Below are positions 24,608-38,391 of a stretch of DNA of 64,000 bases, piece by piece. Origin of the DNA: Asterias rubens (taxonomy: Eukaryota); the NCBI RefSeq assembly GCF_902459465.1, contig NC_047071.1:18786001-18850000 (forward strand). Direction: 5' to 3'. Each line of letters opens with the position of its first letter. Within the stretch, counting starts at the first letter, position 1. The notes beneath the pieces were generated by a model that was not told the origin of the DNA, made no database searches, and was given only the letters and a program-made list of their open reading frames with translations. Made by a program: the position numbers and the translations under genes.

Positions 24608-26038
24608 AGTCAGGTGTTCATTCAGTCATAAAGTGTGCGATTAGTGATTATTGAACAAAGATATTGTGTTTTAAGTCTGCTCCAAATTTGACTCGCGGGG
24701 GGGGGGGAGTACTGAACAAGGAAATAAATTAGAACCCATAGAAGGAAAAAAAACGGAAACAAAAAACATAAAAATATACATTGAAAACAAAAGGGAAAAA
24801 AAGGAACATACATAAATAAGTAGCAGGAAAAGTATATATAATTAACAATATAAACAAATAATGATAAAAAAAAATTAGTAATAATGAAAAAAAATAAAGA
24901 GGCTTGCTTTACATCTTCGTTTTTAAAGTGTTTTGTTGTCATGATGAAGTAAGTATGAATTTTATCGCTTTAGATTTGTATTTGAGCAGAACGCACTTCA
25001 CTGGTTACTGAAGTGAAATTGAGTTTTATTCAATTTTCCTTCGTACTAAGTTAACGTTACTTAAAAAAGAGGGGGGGGGTATGCAAAGGGCTTGAGTGTA
25101 TAGACTCAAATGTTTTCTTTTTCTTCAACAGATTGTTACACTTGTGTTGAATACATTAGCCTTTCGAAAAAATGCAGTTTCTGATCTGGTAGTTACAAGT
25201 GGATTAATGAATTAATTATTCAGTTCATTGCCATTGATATATGCAGGGAGGGATTAACAAATGTGAATACTAATTGAAACAAAATGTATTGTGTTTATAC
25301 ACCATTAAAATTTGTACAAAGAAGTACTGTATGATATTTCCGTTATTTCCCATTGTATTCAAACACAGGTAGATGTTTTAGGTTTGAGCTTTATCAAAGG
25401 AAAATAAACCCCTGGATTTTAGAGTTTTGTGATTATTTGTTCCTGTATAAATCATAGACGTATGCAATCAATCTGTCCTGTTATGTCTAACAACAATAAC
25501 TTATATGATATACGTTAATAACAGTAACGCTTCTCAATTCAAATTTGTCTTGCATAACAGCTGACATCTTTTTACAACCACCTCATTACTTCGAAGTGGG
25601 TTTCTCAAAAAGCTTTACTGTCGAAAGCTGATGTAAGCGTCCAACCAATCAAGTTTGTTGCCACTAATATTAAGAGTGATTACCGTACATCTTCCCTTTA
25701 ATTATTTTCTAGAAAAGACGGAAATAATCAACGCTGCGTTTGTACAACAGGAAGATTCACTGTTAGTGATGCACGTCAATGCTTCTCTCGACCTCTAATG
25801 AAGACACATAATGTCCATCGTTAGTAACTTTGTCATCACCTTAGTATAGAGAGATGATGTGGATTCTTACGTAAAACTTACCCCGCCCATAAACATAGTG
25901 CCCATGGGTGTTTGTTTGTTTGTTTGTTTGTTCGTTTATTTATGTGTATGTTTGTTTGCTTGCTTGTTTGTTTGGTTTATTTCAATTTGCACAGAAACTT
26001 GAACAAAACAATACAAACAAAACCAACGGTAATAACTG

Positions 26039-26425
26039 TTGAAGACACAGTACACATTTGGTAACTGTCAAAGACCAGTCTTCTCACTTGGTGTACCTCA
26101 ACAATTTGCACAAAATAACAAACTAGTGGAAAATTGAACTCAAATGGTCGTCAAAGTTGCGAGATAGTAATAGCAGAAAAACACCCTGTCACACGAAATT
26201 GTGTGCCTTCAGATGCTCGATTTCGGGACCTTAAAATCTAAATCTGAGGTCTCGAAATCAAATTCGTGGAAAATTGTTTCTTTCACGAAAACTACGTTAC
26301 TTCAGAGGGAGCCGTTTCTCACAATGTTTTATTCTATCAACAGCTCCCAAGTGTTCGTTACCAGCTCAGGTTTTTTATGCTAATAATTATTTTGAGTAAT
26401 TACCAATATTGTCCACTGCCTTGAA
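26039..26425 (+). mobile_element. Kolobok-like MITE family 1, full length
   Basis: Full family core with TIR-like ends (…TACCAATATTGTCCACTGCCTTGAA). Confidence 0.85.
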
Positions 26426-28304
26426 CATCCAGGGGAGGTTTAACCCTCTGTCAGTGGACTACCTAGACTGTGGTTGGTTCATAACTTTACATACTGCATG
26501 AATTCTGAAAAATGTGGCATTTGAAATATAATATTGCTGTTAATAAGACTTGAACAAAATCTACTGGCCTCTCCTTGATTGCAGTAGGTTTCATTTGCTG
26601 CTCATTCACGTTTATATAATTATTTCAATAGTAAAGGACGTTTAGCGTTAAAATCAACAGCAAAATTGCAGTAGAAAGTGTATAAATGGAAATACATGCA
26701 CAGGTTGGGAATCGTGGAAGAAGATTTAAGCCTACAGATAAATATTTTTATAATATAATATATTATTCTAGAAAAAATAAGATCATGATTTAATAATGAA
26801 TATCTTCTTATGTGATAAACATAAAAGGCTTATAGAAGAGTCGGATTATCTTCAAGAGTCATTGTCGGATTGATAAATAGATTATATGTACTTAGACAAA
26901 TTGTATTTCTATCAAGTGGAACAAACTTAGGTACCGCGTTCGAAGGAGACGCTAAGAAAATGTCAAGTTATAATACAAAATGATGATATAGTTATCGGTC
27001 TCAGTGTTGGATACATCTATAGCTCTCCGCAAATAAAAACAAAATACTGTGCAGCTGAAGCTATTCAGAGAACCTTCTCGTGAATTGCTGTGACATTCCC
27101 GTTGCCGGTAAAGTATACGATTAAAGCTCTTTCCCCCTACGGTTTGTTTGAGGCACAGCGGTGGACGGCAAGCTTATTGACGTTCCCAACACACGAGGGG
27201 CTCTCAGAGTGCGTTAAACCCCTTGGTACTAAGACCTAACCAGCTGATTTTGAAACAAATAGCGTGGAATTCATTCAGTGTGTTATTCTTTACGAAAGGA
27301 TGTGTGGTTTTAAAGAGTGCTTCAAGTTCATGGACAAAATGCATTGGATTATCTTGTTATGTTTTCAATATAATTGTTCCTAAATAAACAAATTAAAATA
27401 AAATGAAATGCTGGTTGCTCCAATCGAAATGGTCATAAAAACAGGTACTTGGGCCTTAGTACTTACTTTGTGTGTGTGATCAGGTAATTTTAATTTGAGC
27501 AAATATACTATTAGCTGTTGCAAACTGATTACCGAACAAAAGGGCATATGGTAGAAATGCCGTTTCGACCCTATAGGAAGACTATTGGGTGTCGAGACGT
27601 CAGGAAATTAACTTTGTATTATGTATTTATTTGTTTTTCTTTTTATCAAAACTTAAGGCCCCAACCTCAAAGTTTTTGGAAAACTGGAAACACTTCTGCC
27701 GTTGACGGCGTACGTCAACATGACAATACTTTGACGTCATTTGAGGGATATGGCTTTGTTAATTATACCACCTGAAGCAACACAGTGGCCATGCACAACG
27801 GAGCTCCCACAAATGACGTAAGAGGGATTTACGCGAGTCCTTCTATGTAACTGTGTTTAATCTCGTCTGAAATCAATTTCTTAATGTTTGAGATAATTCC
27901 AACCAATATTAATTGCTGCCGCTTTCTTTTTTACACTATAGGTGTTTGTAGGGTTTCTGCCCATACACTCTAGATTAAACAAATTAAAGTACAAATAATG
28001 AGCATTCTAATTTACATACTTTAAAGATGACAATGGTAGAAGCTTGCAAATGAAACAGCTTTGCCTGAATTACTGCATGGGAATTGTTACTTTGAAAAAA
28101 AAATATCGAAAAATCGAAATTGTCTGAGAGGTCATGTTTTGAACTTTACAATCAATATAGTCCTTCAGAACTTAACTGACCCAAACTAACCATTATTTAT
28201 TCAATCATCGAGAAATCACAAAGCATACTATATAAACATTGTGTTTTTCAAGCTATGATGAAAAGAGGAGAGCCATAATAGGAGGGGCACCATGCGCATG
28301 CTGA

Positions 28305-28457
28305 GGCCGTGTCCAAAATGGCGGTTATACGGCTACGGCAACGGCTACGGCTACGGCTAGATGTCCGTGTCATCATGAGTTGAAGTTAAGGACGTCCTTA
28401 GCAACACCCTTAGCAGCAGATGTAGCCTTAGCTGTAGCCACCAATTCGGATACAGCT
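28305..28457. mobile_element. Harbinger-like MITE with GGCTAC repeats (reverse copy at 39838-39976)
   Basis: GGCCGTGTCCAAAATGGCGG / CCACCAATTCGGATACAGCT ends. The core TCCTTAGCAACACCCTTAGC appears reverse-complemented near 39880. Confidence 0.65.
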
Positions 28458-28544
28458 TTGCAACAGAACCACGTGCTTTCGATGTCAGTTTTTGTAGGCC
28501 GCAAGGGCTTAGATTCCAAAGAGAACGGTGCTGTGAAATAAGAT

Positions 28545-28719
28545 CCAGCCGTCGATTTCACTAAACTCTTCCTAACTTAGGATTAATCTTGGTACTTAGG
28601 ACGAGTCCCAACCCTGCACTTTAGCATGCAGACCTTAAGATTAATTCTAAGTTAAGACGAGTTACTCGTCCTAATTTGAGATAAGACGAGTCCTAACTCT
28701 TTGTGAAATCGACGGCTGG
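28545..28719. mobile_element. Harbinger-like MITE, CAGCCGTCGATTTCAC family, copy 2
   Basis: Perfect TIR CCAGCCGTCGATTTCAC / GTGAAATCGACGGCTGG. Confidence 0.82.
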
Positions 28720-31700
28720 TAATAAACCAAAAGGTTTCATTTGAGCAACGGGATGTCTGTAATCGTCCCTACCATCGGTAATTATAGTGTACGGATGAAA
28801 AGAAGAAAAAAAAGCCTGGCAGCGAACATTTAAGTTTAGTTTGTCTAAAATATGATTTAATTGAAATTGTCATTGTAGCAATAAGCTCAATTGTACTTCG
28901 AATCCAGGAAGAAGAAACGAAAAACATTTCCAGAAAACTTAGACGACTTGAACAAATATTCCGATTTGGTTAAACCTGTGTCATTATTACTGCTTTTTTA
29001 TAGTTCTCCCACCGGCGCAATTGTAGCTGCATTTACAAACAAAATGCAAACGTGTACATTTTCCAATATATCGACAAACACTGTTGCTTTAACGACTAAT
29101 GTAATATCAAGAAAACTGTTACGCTTATTATGGTTACAATCAAAAGTATAAACCGCACCTGTTATTTTTAATAAAAGTTCATATTTTTCTCGAGCGTCGG
29201 AATATTCAGATACATTGCGGAATCCTTACGGGAACGTTGTAAATAAATGAAATGTGTGTATAATTCATTTCCGAAAACCCACGGGCGATTTAATAAGACG
29301 GATACGTTTTGTCAGTCGTTTGTTTATACAAGCTTCATAATACAATCGTCGAAGCAGTTGAAGAGAATAAATAACAAACGGCTACGTTGGTGTTTCAATT
29401 ACCGGCAAAACTATAAGCAACCAATTCACAGAACTCCAATTGAATTGTCTTTGTGCGATAGAGCAGAGTCATGATAACTTATTACCAATGTAAAGACAGA
29501 CAAACGGAGAGCCTTATTGAAGCTGGCATGAGCCAATGTTAATTAACACTAAACTCACCTCACCTGGGATCGAGTTTTGTTCTCTCGCAAACAGCTGACA
29601 AAACGTTCCCAGACCTGTCAATGGCTCATCATCGACTGTAGTCTCTCCGTTACGGCATCGGCGAGCCTTCTAAAGGCAACAAAACTCCGCGGTGACAACG
29701 ACAACTTGAAGAGATACTGTTGAGAATAGAATGACACTAAACCGATAAATTTCAAATTTAAATACTAGAACGAAGGCCTATATACTTGTATTGATACCAC
29801 GAGAAGTGTTCAGGCCACAATCACTTTGCTGGCTGCTCTGGTGAACTTTGATTGCTTTTTAGTTTTCTGTGCTGAGATTCTGTCCTGCTTTTGTACTCGT
29901 TGGACTATGGACACCACTGCTCCCTTAAGATAACTGTTCGTTATATTTACTCTATACATCAAGTTCAATGGGGTCAACACTGTAATCTCCCCTAACCAAT
30001 ATTCACCGAGTTTCTCTTCGAAGAACCAAAGTCTGTTTTCTGAACAGTATGGTAGTAATTTGCTTCCAGTGAACCACATTTTGTATTTTCTGAACAGAAC
30101 GAACTGCGTGTTTTTGTTTTTGTAAGGGATTTCTATAAACATCAACAACGCTGTTGGCGTAAACAGGTTGAGCCTTGCGGATATCCACAACCAGCTCAAA
30201 TTCCACGTAGTGTCAAGTTTGCATAGCCTAGCCAATACACGCAAAACAACATTTGTACCGCGGGTAAAGCTAGTGTAGTTTGAAAACTTCAGAAAAGTGT
30301 AGGCATTGACAAGTTTTTATTGACATGATTCATTTATTTTTTATTTTTTTATTCAATACAAAAAAGGGTATTTCGATAATGCCCTCACACGATACAAAGT
30401 ACACCATTGTAATTCTTAACATTGACAGTTTTAAACAGTAGCCAACATTATTAACCATTCAGAATGTCAACATTTAGGATCTGTTAAGCCTTGGCTTTTG
30501 TACCCTAACCCATCGACAGACGTTTGTTTCGTTTTACAGACGCTTGGATGATCGGCCACTTTATAACATATTATTACATTACTCAAAATGGTAACTTGAC
30601 ATCAAACGTTTCATCTGATTAAGATACACGTTAACACACACTCGGGGCACTCAGTTAAAATGTAGCCCAAAATATATTGACGTTTTTTATACCCTTAGTG
30701 GATTAAGTTTTTGGCTATGACATGATTCCTTACATACTGTGAATGAAGATAACTGTAATCTATATTACCTGTAGAAGTTTCAGCCTCATTCAGTCATCAA
30801 GTTTTGGAGGGGAAAACAAAATACAACCACAGAGCAATGTTTTTAGGAGAGTCACGTAAATCCGCCGTACATGCCAAATAATTGTGAAATTGCAGTTACG
30901 CATTTCTCAAAAACTACAGCACATCAGTTACATCTTAAGGTGAGCTTTATTTAAACCGTGTAAGTTTATTGCTAATTAATGTGTACTTTTGTGTTTTGTG
31001 TCGTACAAAAAGTAGGCATACCACGACCAAATAAAATAGATCGTACCGGAAAAAAAAATTCCCGTTATATTTTTAATAGTTTGTTGTAGTTGTCAGTATG
31101 TCACACATATGCCATGTGTATATAATCATTTGTCAAGGCCTAAATAGTTTTAAAGGAAAACAAAAATGTAATTAAAAAAACGTGGAGCTTATGTAGCGTT
31201 GAAATCAGAAAAGTGCTCGCAGTGACAAAAATTTAATGATTATGTTGCCAAGGACGTACGTGGTATTTTCGTGTCTGATTCTCTTTTATTAGTCGTGTAG
31301 GGCGTTAAACATTCAATTAATTTATATGTATTATCAAGCTCAAAACATAGCAAAACTACCATTACAAAAAACTAAAAATATTGTAAGGTGGTGTTATACA
31401 AAGTCTTCAACTTGGTTGTTACTTCTTATTATTTATAGGTCAACGTGTGTGTCAGTTCTTCGATCACGTACTCTCACATCATAAATGCAGCCCGCACCTA
31501 CCTAGACACATCAAAATATGTACCTAAATGTAGCCTATTCTCAAGTATATCCACAGTGAACATGTACATTATTATATGTAGTCCAGACCTACATCTAATA
31601 CCCACAACCAGGAGCACTCAATGTAGCCCGTACCTACAATATAACCCAAGTTAAGTAAAAGGGAGCTCAGGCGAGGCCTGTCCAATAAGGCACAATAGTT

Positions 31701-32534
31701 TTAGTCAAAGACAGCCAAGAGCTGGTTATTATTTCATTATTCCATTTTTTTTTTTTTTATGGAAAATCTTCTGAGACACATTCGCCCTGAATCAATCCTG
31801 GTTAGGCTGCCATAAAAAAGTGGACAAAAACAAATCGACTGAAAGGATTAGCTCATAGTCACTGACGTGATGAAGCCACTTGCACTTTGAAGGGGGGGAA
31901 GTAACGATTACACATATCATATTCTCAAGTCAACATTACCCTCCCACCAGTCAACATAAATGTGAACGGCTGATACGATACATACAAAAGAAGGAAGTCA
32001 CTTGGATGCATGACGATTTCTCAATACAATTGAAGCCGGAATACAAAGTATAGAAATATCGAGATGAATCCAGATCGTCCTGTGCCAAACCGGGGCCCGG
32101 TATACCCATTGGTACATACAAGGTACTTTTCCTTTCTGATGGTGGAGAATTGAAATCCTTTTTACACCATATTTGTGTTTGTGAGATAGGTTTACTACTT
32201 TTCAACGGACACTGTCTTTGGGGAAGACAATCTGCACTTTTTGGTTTGCACTCTCCGTGTGTTTAGTGTAGGTATTTGAACTGGCTAATATTTCAAAATT
32301 TATAAGATTACTTGTGATCATTGGTTTCGTGGAAGGGGAAAGAGGTTTGGGTTCCGTAACAGGAAAATATATCATTCTGATTGATCGGTGGCCCTTTGTC
32401 AGATGATGGTGTCATTTCAAAGATAACTGAATAAATGATCTGTATTTCTTGTGTGTTTTTAAATTATTATCTCACATGTTGTAAAATAGTATGTTAGTGT
32501 TATCAGTGTCGTCATGTAAATATTTGTATGATAA

Positions 32535-32665
32535 TTGCTTTTTAATGATGTTGATGTTGTTGGAGTTCCTGGTGGTGGTGGTTGTCGTGGTGACGTTGAT
32601 GTTGTCGTTGTTGTCGTCTTTGTTGCTGTTGTTGTTTTTGTTGTTTTTGTCGTTGTTGTTGTTTT
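32535..32665. repeat. Degenerate (GTT)n low-complexity tract
   Basis: GTT/GTC/GGT triplet runs. Confidence 0.85.
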
Positions 32666-32796
32666 CACTCAATGTGTTAAAATGATTATTTAATAAAATA
32701 ACTGTTTGTGTACAAAGAACAAAACAAACCACCATGGACAAATCCAATCAAGCTTTTCATATAATGCCCCATATGGTACATTTAGTTACCCACTAA

Positions 32797-32951
32797 TCAC
32801 GGTTCATGTCCTGCGAATGTGAATACGAGTCGAATGTTGCGTCAGAATTTATGTTTTCCCACAAGTCAACTGATGCACAAATATTCGTTGCGAATTAGTG
32901 ACGTCAAAATTCGTATCGCATTCGCCTTTTGCTGGAAGTATGAACCAGGCT
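32797..32951. mobile_element. Harbinger-like MITE, GGTTCATAC..CCTGCGAAT family
   Basis: GGTTCATGTCCTGCGAATG / CATTCGC...GGAAGTATGAACC ends. A related left half lies at 45625-45770. Confidence 0.65.
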
Positions 32952-34479
32952 TTAGCGTCCTAATATTACCAAAATCTACACCAAGTGAACAATGGAAACT
33001 CAAACAGCAATTATGTTATTATTGTTGTAAACTAAAGGGCTTCAAATGGCAGTCTCTGACGATTGCCACCAGGCATTGCTTAACAGTCAATAGACAGGCG
33101 AAACGGGGCATGCTCAATTCCAACGCTAATGCAGTAATCAAAACAGGCATTTACATGTCAAGCGTGACAAAGTGGGGTTTTAGTTTTGAAGAGGATGTCA
33201 GAAAAACGGACGATGTTGAGAACATGTCAAAAGCAAAAGGCATGCAGACACTTATTAACATAATCAAGCAACCAATATCTCGAGAATAACATGGTTTGTA
33301 TTCGATTAGAATGAAGAAAATAAAACAGGCTCTGAATAAAAGGTGTACAAAATAGTGTCTTCTTATACAAGGTGTACGAAGTCAATTTCTTGAAAACCTC
33401 GCGCAAGGGCTCTTTTACAATGTGTAGACCACAAGTTTTTCGCGTGAATCGACGATTTTGAGCTCGTTTTTAAGGAAAAGGGAATGAGGACAAATGGTCC
33501 ATTTAGAACCAATGATGTTGAACCTGGCTATATTTTTGATAGAGTCTGGCACGTTGAACCATCATGTGTCTTACTTTGTCATACTTTTGTCAAAAGTCAA
33601 ATAAAAATTAACCCTCAATATTGACGGGGAAAACAAGTAAAATAACTATTAGATATCAACTTAGTTATAAACTTCAATTTAACCCTTTACCTCAATTTAT
33701 TTTACCCCGCATCAGAACTGGGACCGTTCCTATAGGACGCTGATGTACGTCTAACCAAAAGTTTGTACCATCTATCTTCCCTTTAACGCTCCAAACACTC
33801 ATTACGATAAAACCGTGTTGTTATGTCAACCGTTTGTTAAACATTGTTGTCCCCAACGTCATTGATTATGAACTCATAACAATGCGATTTTTTGTTAAAA
33901 ATGCATATGTGACTACAAAACCTTAACACAAAAAGTATAAATTATCTTGCTTCTGGAACTGTTAAGATCGTTATACCCATATGTATAATGTGTTTTGTTT
34001 TAATATTACTAACCCCAATCCTAACCCTAACCTTAATCATTACCCTAACCCCACACAAGGGATGTCAGAATGCAGAGGTGCGGATTATAGAGCAAAGATC
34101 ATTGTCGGCCATTGACTTATATGAAGAATTGGTGCAATTGTTCCCATCTTCTTTCGATTGTGGTTTTGTTTCTTCATTTTTGTTTTCACGAGATTCAGAT
34201 TTCATACTGTTTGTCAGACTTTCCACGTGCACTGGATTCTGTTGAAAACTCTCGTGGCGTTTGACATTCATATTAAGAAACTGTTAGCATCAACTTCTGA
34301 ATCAAAAGGCGTTACCAGCTGTGCGCTCTGTTGTTAAATTCCAAACCCCACAAGAGCCATTCCGGACACGCGAGGGATAACTTAATATATCCCAGTACTT
34401 GTGCAAGTTTCTGGGAACCTATAGGGGAATATGAATCTTACCTTGAGGGAAACCAGTTCAACATTTGGGATACCAGGGA

Positions 34480-34510
<31 letters not shown>

Positions 34511-35066
34511 GTCTTGCCGCAGGCCAGTGATTCTGTTACCGAGCCAGTAAACCTGCGGTCTTTTTCGATTGAAAAAAAAACAAATAAATACTTCACTGTG
34601 TATTCATACAACCAAATAATATTCAAAATTTGACTTAGAGTCATTTCAAAAGTCTTCAGTTCTGTTGAATAGTGAAGTAAATTTAAAAATACAGATTGTG
34701 ATCAACTTTCTATATGCCGTATAGTGCTTGGTGCACATATTTTACAATTTTGAGGGGATTGTATAATGCGATTGGTAATTGGAACTAGCAGATGTCTCAA
34801 TCCTAAATAGTTGCAGGTTTGTTATTTGATGTTTACGTTGAGAAACCACAAGTAAGACAACTGGTATTTTACAAATACCAATAAGTGTCAAGTGGCATTT
34901 TATTTAAGGGGCAATGCCAATTTTGAAGCCGGAAGTAGCCAAAAGCATGTTTGCATGAAAACGATTTTCGCACGAGTGACACATTTATTGGCAAAAGAGA
35001 CGTGATTGACAGAACAAGTTCATCTTCTCGCCGTTATAGTTTGTATGTGTATTTTTCCCCTTTCTT

Positions 35067-35367
35067 TAAATTAGTTGTTTTCTTCTTCTGCGACAGCAAC
35101 GTGTTTATATTTAATGCATTTAACATTCTTGTTGTTTTATCAGTGGTATATGTGTGCATGTTGTATATTGCTTGAGGCTTGACGTACAAAATTTAATATT
35201 GATCGACACAATGGTAAATTAGTTGTTTTCTTTTTCTGCGACAGCAACGTGTTTATATTTAATGCATTTAATATTCTTGTTGTATTATCAGTGGTATATG
35301 TGTGCATGTTGTATATTGCTTGAGGCTTGACGTACAAAATTTAATATTGATCGACACAATGGTAAAT
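35067..35367. repeat. Tandem duplication, about 148 bp x 2
   Basis: TTAGTTGTTTTCTT...CGACACAATGGTAAAT at 35071 and 35219 with few differences. Confidence 0.9.
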
Positions 35368-35437
35368 GTGTTCCCATGCGTACATGAGTCTTGGTCACTT
35401 ACGAAAAGATAGAGTTTGAGGCAAAAGTTTATAGAAG

Positions 35438-35779
35438 TTAAAGGCACTGGACACAATTAGTATTAATGTCAAGAACCAGTATTCTTACTTGGTGTATCCC
35501 AAAATGTGCATAAAGTAACAAATCTGGGAAAATTTGGACTCAATTGGTCATCGCAGTTGCAAGTGAATAATGAAAGAATAACACCCATGTTGCACAACTA
35601 TAATTAGTGTCCTTTCGGATGCAAACAAAATGCTTCAGACCTGAAGTATTTTAATTTGAGTGAGAAATTGCCCCTTACTCAAAACTACGTTACTTCAGAT
35701 GGTGTTTCTCACAATTGTGTAAACTATCAAAAGCTCTCCAATGCTCCTTACCAATTAAATGGGTGCCAAGTGCCTTTAA
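35438..35779 (+). mobile_element. Kolobok-like MITE family 1, CTTCAGACCTGAAG subtype
   Basis: TTAA-AGGCACTGGACAC ... GTGCCAAGTGCCT-TTAA. Confidence 0.85.
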
Positions 35780-36307
35780 TGATTGGGGTTGTTTTGTAAG
35801 TTCAATTCTGCAATTTGCTTTGTCATTGACTGTCATCTTTCTCTGGTAAGCTTATGAATTCAATGTGGACCCACGTATTATTAAACATGTATCATTGGAA
35901 ACTTTCTTTCATTTTCACCTGCACTTAACAAGTTCCAATTCCCATAGACTTTGTACACAAATTTCCTTTTGGAGCACCCCAGTCTTAAGCATTTCCAGAA
36001 ACATGTTTTCTCTAAATTTTCCTTTGTCACTGGTTTCCATTAACCACAAATAAGCACACTGGCCCTGTCTCTGGGTTGAACACAATACTTTGGTTTTGAT
36101 TAAACATAATAAGACTGTGTGTAAACAAGTATTTACACAAAAGCCACAGATAAGATAAATATACGTGACCAAATCAACTTAGAAAGGCACGAATCCAAAG
36201 CGGATTTCCCCACACATTGCCTTTCCCTCCCTGCTGACCGCCCTGATTCTGGACCACGGTGTCTTAATTGAATCATAGCCACCTATACCGTCAGGATTTT
36301 CTTCTTG

Positions 36308-36342
<35 letters not shown>

Positions 36343-36704
36343 TTTGTGTATTTTTTTTCTTCTCCAGAGTGTTCTTTTCATCCCGTTCTTTTATTATGTT
36401 CTTCTCTTGCTGACGGACCTCGGAATGTACTTTAGATTTATTTTCTTTCATAGAAAATTGTGTTTAGAATCAATGTCCGCTTCGATGACTTCGTGCAATG
36501 CATAAATCACAGACGATTGCCTTGCTAGGTCTTCAAACCACTAGACAAACACCAACTGCCATAAACGGGGCTGTGCATTATTTAAAAGTGCAAACTTGGG
36601 CGGAAAATTGCCCCTCTCTGATGCGTGTGTAATCCATCTGCGAAGATATTTGTTCGTTGTGAGCAGTTTTGTTAAAATGTGTTGTATTTTATTACTTTTT
36701 TTTG

Positions 36705-37040
36705 TTATAGGAACACGGTGCCTTGGATCGGTCGAGTTGGTCTTTGAAAAGCATTTGCAACTGTTTGTTATAAAATGCATATGATTAGAAATATATTTTT
36801 AAAGTAGAATATAATGATCCACACAAGTATCACTCGAAATTGTGTGGTTTTCCGTTTACCACGTCGACTAACACTGTCGGCCATTTATGGAAGTAATTTG
36901 TTTTACTCCCATAAATGTCCGACCGTTTTTGTTTGCAAAGTAAAAGGAAAACCACGCAATTTCATTATAATCTACCTTTAAACCATATGCATTTTATAAA
37001 AAACGGTTACAAACACTTTTCAAAGACCAACTCGACCGAT
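36705..37040. mobile_element. Fold-back (palindromic) Kolobok-like MITE, right end truncated
   Basis: GATCGGTCGAGTTGGTCTTTGAAAAG...ATAAAATGCATATG is mirrored by CATATGCATTTTAT...CTTTTCAAAGACCAACTCGACCGAT. Centre GTCGGCCATTTATGG...CCATAAATGTCCGAC. Confidence 0.8.
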
Positions 37041-37477
37041 TTTAATTATGTGTACAAGAAAAGCTATCCAACAAAGATATGTAAAATTGGACTCTGGAAA
37101 TATTGTTGTTTATTTAATAATTTAGTATACTTTTAATATTAAATATTAAACGCGTCATTACTGCGAAGCATCAACCTACTTTCAAGTCTAGTATTTAAAT
37201 GAAGACACTTTCATTTTACGGTGACTTTTACATTAGACCGTCAACAAAAGAAACGTATATTCTATGAGGTACATTCATAATTGCAGTATAGGGGTCAAAT
37301 TTCCGGGCGCCTTTTCAAAATGGTATTCCTAGTAGACGTATACTGCATACAGTCACTGTGTATACTTGATTGTTTAAATGTTCGTGCATCTCTTTATTTA
37401 CATATAAGAATGTATTTATTTGGTAGGGTGGATTGGGTTTTAATGACTAACGTCGGAAGGCGTATACTGTATTCTGG

Positions 37478-37550
37478 TCACCGTTGTCTACAGTGGTTAA
37501 TTATACTTCACTACTCGCATTTACAAGGTTGTAGGTTCGAATCCCAACGT
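37478..37550 (+). mobile_element. Degenerate tRNA-like SINE head
   Basis: GGTTCGAATCCC B-box near 37524 with a weak upstream A-box. Confidence 0.4.
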
Positions 37551-37719
37551 TACATCTGATTCCACTATTACTTAACTATTGTCGTTTAGTGACTGAATCA
37601 CAATTTCCTGATCTGTGCACCTCATAAGCATCGTTAAATCAATGTTATATATGAGAGAGAATTGATGTTGCCGGGTTGGCTTTTGAGTGCCTTTTTTATG
37701 GGAGTTAGTGGAGGTCCCT

Positions 37720-37965
37720 CGCGTACCGTGAACTAGCAGTCAGGCGCACCGGACTCAAGCTCTGATGTTTCTGCTATGCATAAATGAAGTTCGAGTCCCA
37801 GACGTGACACTTGTACCCCTAAGCTGGACACTCTATCATTATTGCTTCGCCCTTCGGATGGGACGTAAAGCTATAGGTCCCGTGTGTTGTGTACACTTAT
37901 TGAGGAGGGGTATTCCTCTTTGCGTTTCAGGCAGTGGCTGCCTAATGTGCTGAAGCACATTGTAG
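37720..37965 (+). mobile_element. tRNA-derived SINE with a central domain resembling the MetaSINE domain
   Basis: B-box GTTCGAGTCC at 37789-37798, then CCCTTCGGATGGGACGTAAAGC...GGTCCCGTGT. The domain assignment is from recall and needs a Dfam/Repbase check. Confidence 0.65.
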
Positions 37966-38391
37966 ACCATTTCTAGCTGCTTCATAATGGGGCTCATTGT
38001 TAAAAAAAAAAGGGGGGGGTCAAAAACATGCTTGTAATTACTTGATAATATTAGCGCTTGCTTTCGTTATTGGTCAGACACGAGAATAAAAACAAATGAC
38101 ACAAACGAAGCTCAGTGGTTATACAAGAGACGAAGTGGTTTAATATTAGCACACTACAACTCAAGGTAGGTGTGCATTGACAATGTACAGTAATATTGAC
38201 ATAAAGGTGTCGTACAATAATATATACAATGTACAACAGTTATAAGGCCTATCACTTTAAAATCGTACATGATGCTTAAATGTATGTCTACTAGATTTCA
38301 ATCGGTATAGCAGTCGGTTATTCAATAAAGTTGTTCACACAAAAACAATGTTTGCAGCATTAATTATACTTAATGTATATTATACACATAA

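Noticed and set aside
32459-32747. Poly-Thr, poly-Asn and poly-Leu/Val ORFs
   Set aside because: Translations of a degenerate (GTT)n tract.
34008-34056. Interstitial telomere-like (CCCTAA) repeats
   Set aside because: Only a few degenerate units; such motifs are common inside invertebrate repeats.
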